A DNA stretch of 64,000 bases. Origin: Mobula hypostoma. Taxonomy: Eukaryota. This document shows positions 25,101-36,837 of this stretch, one piece after another; the first letter of the stretch is position 1, and each line of letters opens with the position of its first letter. Both the position numbers and the translations under genes were made by a program. Under the pieces are notes generated by a model. That model did no database searches. It worked only from the letters and a program-made list of their open reading frames with translations, and was not told the DNA's origin. The stretch spans positions 4,588,001 to 4,652,000 of the forward strand of contig NC_086104.1 of the NCBI RefSeq assembly GCF_963921235.1, read 5' to 3'.

Positions 25101-25320
25101 CAAAGGGAGGGCTTAAACCCTTTGTTATAAAGCAACGACATAAGCTCTTTATATTTGGCACATTCAGCCATAACCTCTGATGTATAATCTTCCACAATTC
25201 TGATCATTTTCTCATTGTAATCAGTCATTCCTACTCAACAGGTATGACAGATTAAAAGCTCCTTGGTATGAAATTCATGAAAACACAAAATAACCAACCT
25301 ATGTCGCTCCTCCGACGTTG
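22200..25320 (-). mobile_element. L1 LINE: ORF1 C-terminus, spacer, ORF2 endonuclease to early RT, then 3' UTR; the missing RT is replaced by a Tc1 end (22522-22691)
   Basis: LYNKGFKPSLCFP (ORF1), MDQSITLLSFNVKGLN (APE), YRPISLLNVDAKILSKVLA and LDAEKA.DRVEW. AATAAA and an A-rich tail at about 22.2 kb. Confidence 0.9.
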
Positions 25321-25349
25321 GATTCGGGGCCAGTGACCGGTGGGTGCAG

Positions 25350-25965
25350 TCCAACTTAGGCACAGATGGCAATAAATCAGGGAATAGAATGGCCTAGCAA
25401 GCGATTCAGTTGTATCCAACTGCTAAAAAGAAAATAATAAGGAATAAACCCGGATGGACAACCCAGCATCAACCTGGTCACTGGAAATGATAAAGGCAAA
25501 ACCAGCCCTGTCGACCCTGCAAAGTCCTCCTTTCTAACATCTGGAGACCTGTGACAAAGTTGGGAGCGCTGTCTGACTGACTAGTCAAGTAACAACCTGA
25601 TATAGTTGTAATGAGAGAATCATACCTTACAGTTAACATTCCGGACTCCAACATGCACATTCCTGGGTATGTACTGTCTCACCGGCAGAACAGGCCTAGC
25701 AGAGGTGGTGACACAGTGGTATACAGTAGAGAGGGAGTTGCCCTGGCAATTTTGAACATCGACTCTGGACCCCATGAGGTCTCATGGCACCAGTTTGAAC
25801 ATGGGCAAGGGAACCTCCTACTGATCACCACGTACTGTCCTCCCTCAGCTGATGAATCAGTACTTCTCCATGTTGAGCCGCACTTGGAGGAGACATTGAG
25901 GGTGGCAAGGGCAAAGAATGTACTCTGGGTGGGGGACGTCAATGTCCATCACCTCCCGTCAATGT
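25350..25965 (+). mobile_element. Non-LTR retrotransposon APE endonuclease 5' fragment (CR1/L2-group)
   Basis: ORF 25611-26021: HIPGYVLSHRQNR..GGDTVVY..LITTYCPP..WVGDVNVHH. Confidence 0.75.
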
Positions 25966-27124
25966 CCATCACCAAGAGTTACTCAGTGTTACCACCACAG
26001 ACCAAACTGGTTGGATCCTAAAGGTTAACCTCTGGGTTGAGTTGGTTGTGAAGAAAGCGAATGCAATATTGGCAATCATTTCTAGAGGTACAGAATATAA
26101 GAGCAGGCACTTGTGAGACCACACTCGGAGTATTGTGTGCAGTTTTGGGCTCCTTATTTTAGAATGGATATACTGACATTGGAGAGGGTTCCGAGAATAT
26201 TCACGAGAATGATTCCAGGATGAAAGGGTTACCATATGAGGAAAGTCTGGCAGCTCTTGGGCTGTATTCCCTGGAGTTCAGGAGAATGAGGGGGGATATC
26301 ACAGAAACATTCCAACGGTCAAAGGTCTGAACAGATTAGATATGGTAAAATTATTTCCCATGGTAGGGGATTCTAGAACAAGAGGGCACGACTTCAGAAT
26401 TGAAGGACATCCTTTAAGAACTGAGATGTAGAGAAATTACTTTAATCAGAGGGTAGTAAATCTGTGGAATTTGTTGCCACAAGCAGCTGTGGAGGCCAAG
26501 TCATTGGGTGCATTTATGGCAGACTTATTTGTGGACTTCAAACACTTGGCGCTGCAAACATTTGCAAATGACACTTGCCCAGATTGAAGCAAGGCACTGA
26601 TATGATTCTACAAGTTGTCACTCAAGAACTTTAGAGTTTGATTGACTTGAAACAGGATACCATCCTGGTCCAATGGAGCCATGTTAATGTAGTTCCGATT
26701 AGCCCAGACATCATGACTCAGCACATCTCAGAGCTCAAACACAACTTCTTGGAACTGTGGTGCATAGCATTATGCAAGAAACAGCCAATACAAAAAAAAA
26801 ACACATTTGCAGCAAATGCCAACACAATGATCACAGAGGTTGCTTTAGCAGTCCTTCACTGTCTTCTAGGCCAGAGGGACACAAGAACAAGAATTTCTAG
26901 AAGACATGAAAATCTGAAAGTAGAGTAGTGTTCACGTTCAAAGCTAACGTTGCCCCCAGAAGACAGTACATCAACGTATTTATCAACATCAGTTGGTCAA
27001 GAATCAACTGGTACAAGCCCTGATGAACAGTCTTGGCCTGAAATGTCGACTGTACTCTTTTCCATAGATGCTGCCTGACCTGCTGAGTTCCTCCTCTAAC
27101 AGACCAGCCATATCTGAATGCCCT

Positions 27125-28230
27125 TGGCATTAACTGGGTGGACAAGGTTGATCTCTGGATCACCCCTCTGAATGAGTTCGATACGAAGACATTGGCCGTT
27201 CAAATCAGGTCATACCACCAATGCCTTGGCAAGAAACTTTGTGTACTGGCTGGGCATAGACTAAGATAAGACATCCGTATGCAAGCAGTGTACTTGGTGC
27301 TCTGTGGCAGTAAAGAATCTAAATAGAGCCGGTCCGCAACAATGGCGTCAGGCTACCAGACGTTGGAGTCGAGTAGATGTTGACGGAGTACATCTTGACT
27401 TCCTTGAAACAATCAACGGATCTTTCTGGTCGACTCTCACTCCGAATGGCCAAAACTATTACCTATGATGTCAAGAACGACAGAGGCTACCACTCAAAAA
27501 CTGCTGCAGATCTTCCGCGGCATTGAGATGACAAAATCACTTCCTTCTAGCGACGGCGCTCGGTTCAGTTCACAGATGCTCGCTGCATTCTGCCAGAACC
27601 GCGGTATTATCTACATCCGCTCATCTCCATATCGACGGAAGTCCCACCGCCAAATAGAGCGGTTGGTGGATACCTTCAAACGGTCGCTTCTGAAATCAGA
27701 AGGGGAGGGAGCAACCACAAACACAACCTCATGACAAATAGAATAGCACCGCAGCCCGGTCTCCAGAGGAAGTCTCAAACTGAGGCGCTTTTGGGAAGAA
27801 AACTGTTCACAGTGTTGGATGCAATCGAGTATCCAGAGCGCCCAACATCCAGGAGAGCGGATGGTCAGTGCACAAAGGCTGTCACGCAGACCTTGGTCAA
27901 CCGGTGAAGTCATTCATCCCGCAGCTGCAGTGTGGGCCGGACAGTATCACAATAGGAAAGACACCTGGATATCGGGTCAGATTGCCAGACGAATGGGGAA
28001 GTGCTGTACGACGTTATCGTATGCGAACATCACTAGCGTCACCACATCAACCAGTTCCAACCACGTGCTCCCGCAGGCCACAGCATGTTCTTCGGGCAGA
28101 CCAGAAAACACAGAGACGGACCGTCATCTCCTGGGAGAGTCCGATTAACCCCAACGGAACCAACCACCAGCGTGATCACAGCCGAAAGCAACATTGCGAA
28201 ACGAAAGTGATAGCCTGCAACCACTAAGAA
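27125..28230 (+). mobile_element. Gypsy-type LTR retrotransposon integrase remnant
   Basis: Degenerate rve core: LVDSHSEWP..SSDGARFSS..FCQNRGI..SSPY...IERLVDTFKRSL. Confidence 0.8.
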
Positions 28231-28249
28231 CGACGGATCGCTAAAGTAA

Positions 28250-30085
28250 GATAGATAGATAGATACTTAATTTATTCCAAAGGAAATTACTGTGTCACAG
28301 TAGCATTGCAAGTGCACAGATATACAAATATTAACAGAGATGTGAGAAAAATTAAAAGAAAATAAGTTACTGTACCTTAAAATAAAATGTACAAGATAAC
28401 AGGGTGTGGTTAACAGAGCTTTAACGGAGCTCTAGTATGCAGAGGTTAATAGCAGTCTAACAGGAGGGTGTCAGCACTTCCCAGGCAATAGGCTGACACA
28501 TTATAGAGCCTAATGGCTGAGGGTAACAGTGACCTTATACAGTATAGCGTTCTCTGGAGCAGCGCAGTTGTCTTAGTCCATTACTGAAAGTGCTCCTCTG
28601 TTCATGTCCAGTTTGACTTCTATAACAGAGCCAGCCTTTCTAATCCGTTTATTGAGCCCATTGGCATCACACGTGTTGATGCCATTGCCCCAGCACATTA
28701 CCGCATAGAAGATTGTACTGGAGACAACAGACTGGTAGAACATGTGAAGCAGAGGCCTGCATACTCCAAGGGACCTCAGTTTCCTCAGGAGGTAGAGGCG
28801 ATTCTAGCCCTTCTTGTATACAGCCTCTGTATCAGTGCTGCACTCAAGTCTGTTGTCCTGGTGCTCTCCCAGGTACTTATAGCTTCTCACCACATCCATG
28901 TCCTCACCATCAATAGTAACAGGAAGCAGTGCAGGCTTGGTCTTTCTAAAGTCCATCAAAATATCCTTGTTTTACAGATGTTGAGCTGCAGATGATTCTG
29001 TCTGCACCATTCAACAAAGTCCTCCACCAGGACCCTATATTCATCCTCCCGACCTCCCTTTATACACCTAACTATTGCTGAGTCAGAAATTACTGCAGAG
29101 AACATGACTCCATGTTGTATCTAAAGTCGGAGGTATACAGGGTAAACAGGAAGGGATCCAATACAGTCCCCTGTGCTGCTTATAGTCATGTCTGACTCAC
29201 AGCTCTGAAGCCGCACACACTCTGATCTGCCAGTCAGGTAGTCAAATACCCAGGACACAATGGAATTGCCAACCTGTACTGAACGAATCTTTCTATCCAG
29301 CAATGTGGGCTGTATGGTATTGAAGGCACTTGAGAGATCCAAAAAAAAAAAAATAATCCTCACAGTGTTGCCCTGTTTATCCAAATGGGAGTAGGCTCTG
29401 TTCAGCAGGTAGATTGGAATTTAGAAGATTGAGGGGGGATCTGATTGAAACGTATAAGATCCTAAAGGGATTGGACAGGCTAGATGCGGGAAGATTGTTC
29501 CCGATGTTGGGGAGGTCCAGAACGAGGGGTCACAGTTTGAGGATAGAGGGGAAGCCTTTTAGGACCGAGATTAGGAAAAACTTCTTCACACAGAGAGTGG
29601 TGAATCTGTGGAATTCTCTGCCACAGCAAACTGTTGAGGCCAGTTCATTGGCTATCTTTAAGAGGGAGTTAGATATGGCCCTTGTGGCTACAAGGGTCAG
29701 GGGGTATGGAGGGAAGGCTGGGTTCTGAGTTGGATGATCAGCCATGATCATAATAAATGGCGGTGCAGGCTCGAAGGGCCGAATGGCCTACTCCTGCACC
29801 TATTTTCTATGTTTCTATGTTTCTATGTTTCTAGATGACAGCATCGCCAACCCCAATGTGATCCTTGTAGGCAAACGACAAGGGATCGAGGGCTGATCTG
29901 GTCGGAGGTGAGCCAGGACCAGCCTCTCTAGGGTCTTCGTGATGTGTGATATCAGGGCCACTGAACGGTAGTCATTCAAGACCTTCGGCTGGCCCTTCTT
30001 GGGTAGTGGAACGAAACATAATGTTTTCCACATAATCGGGACCCTTTCCCGTCTGAGACTCAGACGGTCGTTCCAACCCAAATCA
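28250..30085 (-). mobile_element. Rex1/Babar-type LINE RT fragment, interrupted by a young CR1
   Basis: VPLPKKGQPKVLNDYRSVALISH and LDLSSAFNTIQP..WVFDYLTGR. (GATA)n tail at about 28250. Confidence 0.85.
29414..29831 (+). mobile_element. Young 5'-truncated CR1 (copy 2 of 3), TSD TAGA
   Basis: Near-identical to the other two copies. TAGA at 29410-29413 and 29832-29835; removing the insert restores the host reading CAGCAGGTAGATGACAGC. Confidence 0.95.
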
Positions 30086-32039
30086 ACCCTCCGCTCAAAC
30101 CCTACAGGTAATCGTCTTCTTGAAGGGGGCGCTACGGTGAGCAGAAACAGCCAATCGCAGGCCGACTTTTACTAATTGGCCGTTGATCCCATCAACGTCT
30201 ACAATGCTCTTGGGTGAGCCATTTAAAATAGTAGTGCTTTGGGATGTACTGCGGAGTTCTGAGATTTTTGTAGTTGCGTACTTTTACTCAAGAAAAGGTT
30301 TATTTCTAGTTCTGGCGTGTTTTGTCTCTTGGCTTTGCGTTTCATCAATAGTTATAGGCCAACGAACACAACAACCTCGCAAGCCCGATTTACCTTTTTG
30401 AGGAAGTTACGACACAAATTGATGAAGGGAGAGAATACAGGGTTAATGACAGGATTCTTTGCAGTGTGGAGGAACCGGGGGATTTTTGCTTCCATATCCC
30501 CAGATATCTCAAAGTTGCCGCACAAGTTGATAGGGTTGTTAAGCAGGAGTGTGGTATACTGGCAATCATTCGTCAGGGGACTGAGCACAAGAGCCATGAA
30601 ATAATTGTGCAGCTCTGTAAAACTCTGTTATAGAATCATAGGTCACTGCAAGGTAGAAGTAGGCCCTTCAGCCCATCTAGTGCATACTGAACTCTTATCC
30701 CTAGTCCCATCAAACTGCACCTGGACCATAGACCACCATACCCCTCTCATTCATTTACCGATCCAAACTTGTCTTAATCATTGAAATTCAAACACCTCTT
30801 GTTACACACTCGCACCACCCTCTGTTTGAAGAAGTCTCCCTCAGGTTCACCTTAAATATTCATCCTTACCCCAGACCCCTAGTTCTAACCTCATCCAACC
30901 TCAGTGGTGAAAGCCTGTTAGCAATTAAGTTACTTCCTATCAAATTTCTCTTAAGTTTCCCACGCTCCAGGCAATAAAGTCATAACCTTTTCAACGTTTC
31001 CCTATAACTCAGGTTCTCAAATCCCAGCAACATCATTTATAAAATGACAGACAAAATGGACGCAGCAGCGATCCCTGCGGCACACCGCCAGTCTCGGGCA
31101 TTTGGTCAGCGAGACAGACATCTGTTACCAGAGTCTGGATTCTACCGCGAAACCAACGTCGAAATCAACGCGATACATCTTCCTGAATGCCCAGCGACTG
31201 AACCTTCTTGACCAATGACCCACGCGTGACCTTGTCAAAGGCCTTGCGAAAGTGCATGTAGAAAACTTCCACTGCCATTCTTTCATCGTCTTGTTAGTCG
31301 ACAGATAAGAATATTGAATTCGGTTATGGTCCTCTCAACAGAGGAAGGAAGCGGATGCCTTAGAGAGCGAATAGAGAGCATAGTTTATGAAGAAAGCTTG
31401 AGCGATCGAGGATGAATGTTAAATGGATAAAGGTGCATATGATGACGAGAGGCGTGGATCGAGTGGACAGCCAGCACCTTTTCTCCCCCAGGGGGACAAT
31501 AACCAATATCACAGAACATCGTTTTAAGGTCATTCGATTACAGTTTGGAGACATGTCAGAAGTATTTTTATACAGAGAGTGGAGTGTATAGAAGGCACTG
31601 CTGGGTCTTGTGATAGAGGCAGATACATTCGAGACATTTAAGAGACTTTTAGGTAGGCACATGGATGAAAGAAAAATGGAGGACTGTGTGGGAGAGAACG
31701 CCGAGCTTGATCTCGGAGTATTTTAAAATGTCGGGACGACATTGTGGATCAAAATGCTTATAGTATGCGGTACTGTCCAATATTCTGTGATCATAGAGAG
31801 GGCAGACAGACAGAATCATCTCCCGAGGTGGCAATGTCAAACACCCGAGAACTTGCTTTTAAGATTAGTGGCGGTGGGAATGTTTAAACGCGACGTGAAC
31901 GGAGAAGTTTGCTTACACAGGGAGAGTTAGGCGCCTGATATGTTTTACCAGATATAATGGTGGAAGCAGGTGGTTTGATGGAGTTTTAGCGGCTTGAATA
32001 TGGAGAGGTATGCATGATACACATCACATGTTTCATGGC

Positions 32040-34050
32040 GTGCTGATTGGCTGTGCAGCATTCTGTACTGCTCTATGTTCTACGTGTTAACGTTGGCGCT
32101 CACCTGGCCCCTCTACTGCCCCCAGTGGCAGCTCTTACGGAATTCATTATCAATGAGTTTGAAGCCGGTACTCTGCTCGCTCCTTCCCTCCCTGGTTTCT
32201 TCATTCTGGCCGGCCCTCTTTTCAGTTGCTCATTTCGCTGGAGTCTCGCACCTCTCTCCGGTCTTGTTCACCGCATACTCCACTGTGATCCGCTTTCCAT
32301 TAACGCTTGTTTGCTCAAGACCCTGCTCCACCCCTCCAATCCTCACGCCCTGCGAAACCGCGTGTAAAGTATGTTAACGTCGCTCTCGGATCCCTCGCTT
32401 TTTCCCACTGTCACCCGTAAGCTCCGCCCTTCTACCCTGTGCTAAGGACCGGACCGGACCAGACAGACTGCTCTACGGAATCTCCACTGCGCTGTTGCTT
32501 CTCATCGCTGACCCGCCTCTCGAAACATCGTCTACACGAAGTCTTGCAATGGAGGTAGGAGAGTTATTCTTCCCCTGACCTGTCTCACACCTGACCCCTT
32601 CCCTTCCTCAGCACCTGCTTCTGTATTACCCTGCGTGTCCTTCCTCCCTCCGCCTCCCTGTTATTTCCCAGTTCCCGGAATTCCTGCCTCAAGAGATTAT
32701 TACGATTAGCCCTCGGACTGAGGGGGCGCAGAGAGCGGCAGCTGGTCCGGGACACAGCTCACCCAGATATAAAAGGGGATACTGCGGACGCTAGAAGAGA
32801 AATCCCTCCGGGGGAGGGGGGAGATTTACCTGGCGGTACATGGTGGGGTACATTTCGGCTGTGGCGGACCTCGACACGTTTCAGTTCAGATCGACAGAGG
32901 GGTATCCACGGAGACGGATTTAAGCAGTGTTCAACTGGGGCAAAGAGCCCGGGGACCACTGGCCGCCCGGAGCAGTGACAGACTTAGACCGCCCGAGACA
33001 GAGAGAAATTCTTTACTCACGTCCACTCTCAGTCCAGAGGCAGGGATTTGGCCCGAAATGTCAATGAATCTCCCCAAGAGATACTGCACGAGCCGCTGAG
33101 TTTCGCTAGAAGTTTGTCTCTTGTTCCATCGACACACAGACAGGGACAGCACCCGAGACTGCGGGACGACCCAAGCAGTTGACCCGGTACTGAGAGATGG
33201 AGAAGAACAAGTAATCCGGGGGCATAGAAGAGGGCAGAGCACCTGGGACCGAAAGGAGGCATTATACAGAGAGAGGTCGGGGGGGGGGCGAAGAGCGAGA
33301 AGGGGATAAGTGTAGTGAGAGGGGGAGACACGCGGAGGTGGAGTGGGGGAGGAGAGAGAGTCGCAGAGAAGGGGAGAGGGAGATAGGGAGAAAGAGGCAG
33401 AGAGAAGAGAGAGAGATGGAGATGTCAGAGAGAGAGAGGAGAGATTGACTTAAACGAAAAAGCAAAAACAGACTTCAGATATGGAAATATAAATCGAAAG
33501 AAAAAGTAGCAGGAACACTCAGTCATCGGCGAGATAGAAATAGAAGTACGTTTAGGTGCCACGTCAAATTGAAGAGCGCGCCTTATCTAGAGATGCTGGT
33601 GGACAATCCCGGTATTTCCTCCTCCTGTTCCAGAAGGTGATCGAAGGGGGGATTGTCCCAGGACAGCAAGAAATCCCACTAACCGGAGGTCACAGAGATA
33701 GAGTTAACCCACGGTGAGAAAAAATAACACAACGGATCTCTGCTGTGTGGCAGGGATGGAGATACTCCACGCGAGACAGTGGGCCTGCGAACAGCGAGAT
33801 GCCAAGGAAGAACAAATGGCCCAGGTTAAAGGCGGGCAAGCTCTCCCGGCTCGGAACTCGGTTCAGAGAGAACTGTCTTCTCTGGAATGAGTCACTACGG
33901 TTTCCCGCGTCAGTCTCAGTTCCCCCCTGTCCGCCACAGGAGGAGTGACCCGCACGAGACAGGGGTTCACCCAGGAAAGAGTTCCAAACACCCCCGTCAG
34001 GGGAAACATTACTCATGCACTCACCCCGTCAAGTCCCATTAAGATTTTGC
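32040..34050. promoter_or_regulatory. CpG-island-like region with TATA box (TATAAAA 32768-32774) and GC boxes; candidate promoter
   Basis: CpG is visibly frequent compared with the CpG-depleted rest of the window. CCGCCC at about 32425 and TTCCCGGAA at about 32672. Mostly non-repeat sequence. Confidence 0.55.
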
Positions 34051-36107
34051 GATCTTTTCCAATTCCGATGAAGGAGTTGGAACCAAAACGTCTCCTTTTT
34101 ATTCCGCTCCATAGAGGCTGACCGCCCTGCTGAGTTTCTCTTGCATTTCGTGTGCGTTGCTCTGGATTTCCGGTGTCGACATAATATCTCGTGTTTATAC
34201 AGCTTTAGGGGTTATTTACGGTTGACTTTGAACTCAGGAACAAAGTTAGAGCCATAGGCTATTAGTGCATTACAGATTAGCCCATCTGCTCCATGCCGAC
34301 CTGATTTCTGCCTTGTCACATCTACATACAACAGGACCATAACGATCCATACCCCTTCCTTAAACGTCAGATTATTGGAAAACAGGAAGAACATAGAACA
34401 TAGAGGAACAAAACACAAAACATACTATTCATCCCACAATGTAGCGTCGAAACAGCTAATCAAATGCACCTGAACACTAATCCCTCCGACCTGCACCATG
34501 CCCATATCCCTCCATCTTCCTTACATCCATGTGCCTATCCAAACGTCTCTTAAAAACCTCCAGTGACACTACCACAATACCGGATAGCACATTTCCGGTC
34601 TCCACGAACCTCTAAGTAAAAAACATACGCCCACATTCCCCTTGAACTTACCCCCTCTCGCCTACAATGCAGGAAAGAATATCATTTTCTCCATTATGCC
34701 TGTGCTCTGTGAGAGGAAAATAATAAAAATTATTGTGGCATAAGAAGAAGTCATTGGTTTCCTCTTGTGCCATGATGAGGCTACCCTCGGGGTGGAAGAG
34801 CAACGCCTTCGTATACTCTAACCTGATGGCATGAATATTGATTTCTTCACTAACAAAATCCGCACCCCCCCCCCTTCATCTGTTCCCTACTCTTGCCTTT
34901 TACCTCTTCTCACTTGGTTATCACCACTCGCGTCCCAGTATCTTTCCTTCCCTTTCTCCTATGGTCCTATCAGATTTCTTCTTCTCCAGTCCTTTACCTT
35001 TCCCACCCACCTGGCTTCACCTGTCACGTTCCAGCTAGTCCTCATTCCCCTCCCCCACTTTTTTATTCTGGCATCTTTCCCTCCCCACCCACCTCCAACG
35101 CTCCGCCTCCTAGTCCCGAAGAAGGGTCTCGGCCCGTAATGTCAACTGTTTATTCATTTCCATCGATGCTGCCTGACTTGCTGAGGTACGCAAGCATTTT
35201 GTATGATTTGCTCTGGATTTTCGGCATTTGCAGAATTTCTCGTGTTTATAAAATATCGTTTTATGTCTCTGCTGTAGAGATGTATGAATATAACAGTACA
35301 CCGTAGCGCCACGCTCTTCAACCCATCATGCTTGTGCTGACTTTGAAGTCAATCTAAACCGTATATAGACTAAATCTCTCCTTTCCCTTCCTGTTTCTGT
35401 GTCTAGCTAGCTGCCTCTGAAACGTTGTTATCGTGTCTGGTAAACCACTTCTCTAAATCTTCCATACACTTCTCGTATCAGAGGTGACCAGAACTGCACA
35501 CCGTACTCGAAGTGCGAACTAACCAAAGTTTCATACAGCTGTAACATGACTTCCTGACACTTAAACACCATGCCACTGCTGAGGAGGACACACACGCCAC
35601 ACACCTTCCTTACTAGTCGGCCTGATTCCTGTGAGCGTCGACTGCGTGAGACACAGCTCTAGGTTCTATAGGTCTCAAATTTTCCACAAACATTAGAATC
35701 AACTTTTTGCCATTTAGCTTCTGGACAACTGTCTTGCTCTGTTTTATTTATTAGTACCACTGAGAGGAACTTCTTTGTTGTGTCAAAGCACTGAAACTTT
35801 GGCAGAGGTTTTTAAAATTACATTTGTTGATTGGGGTATTCAGATTAGCTGGTGAGATTCAACTTTCAAAGTTCAAAGTAAGCTTATTATCAACGTCCAT
35901 ATATGTCAATATATACAACACTGTGAATCAATTTATTGCAGGCACTCACAGTAAGTGCAAAAGAACATAACAGAATCAATGAAAGACCACAGCCAACAAG
36001 ACAGACAAACATCAATGTGCAAAAACAACAGGCAATGCAAACACAAAAAGAGAATAATAATGATGATGATGTTAATAATAATAACAGCAACAATAATTAT
36101 AATAATA

Positions 36108-36837
36108 AAACATAGAAGTTCCTTGTGGAATAACTCAAAGGAATTTCAAAAATACATAATAAAACACCAAGAAATTGAAGATGATCAATGTAAAAAATGC
36201 TGAAAGAAACTGGAAGCAATCCAATACATACAGGATCCTGTAGAATTTAACACAATCCGATTACTTATGCTGGCACAATTGTGGCAAACGTCACTCATCA
36301 AAATCTTGCTTTAAAATACAAACTCATAAATGAAATCACACCAGCTTTATATACAAGCCTGACCCAGTTTTAAGAGTCTATATACCAGAAATTGCATTAT
36401 GACTGATCCATTATTACAGATAGGAAATCCATAATAACTGTCTGGTTATAATAATACAGGATAAAAAAGTAAGAACAGCTTACTTTATAGATATAGCCAG
36501 TCCAAAATCACAAAACTACAGAAACCAATAAGTGAAAAACACCAGAAATATGCTGAAATAAAAGTGGAAATTAAAAGACTGGAACATGAACAGGGTATGC
36601 ATTATCCCCATAGTAATATCTACTACTGGTATCATCCCATTGTCACTACACAATAGCATTAAACAATTAGGCCTATGCAACAATATCTATGTAAATCTTC
36701 AGAAAGCCGCAATACTAAACACCACTAGTCCAAAAGTTACCAGCAATTGAGAAATGAATGTATGCTTGCACCTCAGATTTTACCAGCTTGAGCTAAAAAA
36801 AAATTACATTTTTTATAATAATAGTAATAATAATAAG
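36108..36837 (+). mobile_element. Dong/R4-clade non-LTR retrotransposon 3' fragment (CCHC plus restriction-like endonuclease), in a TAA microsatellite
   Basis: Decayed translation QCKKC*KKLEAIQYI.GSC ... DKKVRTAYFIDIA ... EKHQKYAEIKVEIKRL ... PIVISTTGIIP ... LQKAAILNT. (TAA)n on both sides. Confidence 0.75.

Noticed and set aside
30120-32730. AGGGGGCGC motifs (about 30125 and 32722) as CTCF sites
   Set aside because: Only the 3' half of the consensus matches; insufficient without ChIP data.
33184-33262. Signal-peptide-like MPPFGPRCSALFYAPGLLVLLHLSVPG (- strand) as the leader exon of the V gene
   Set aside because: Weak donor (GTCAAC), about 29 kb from the V exon, and the hydrophobic stretch coincides with a polypyrimidine acceptor tract.
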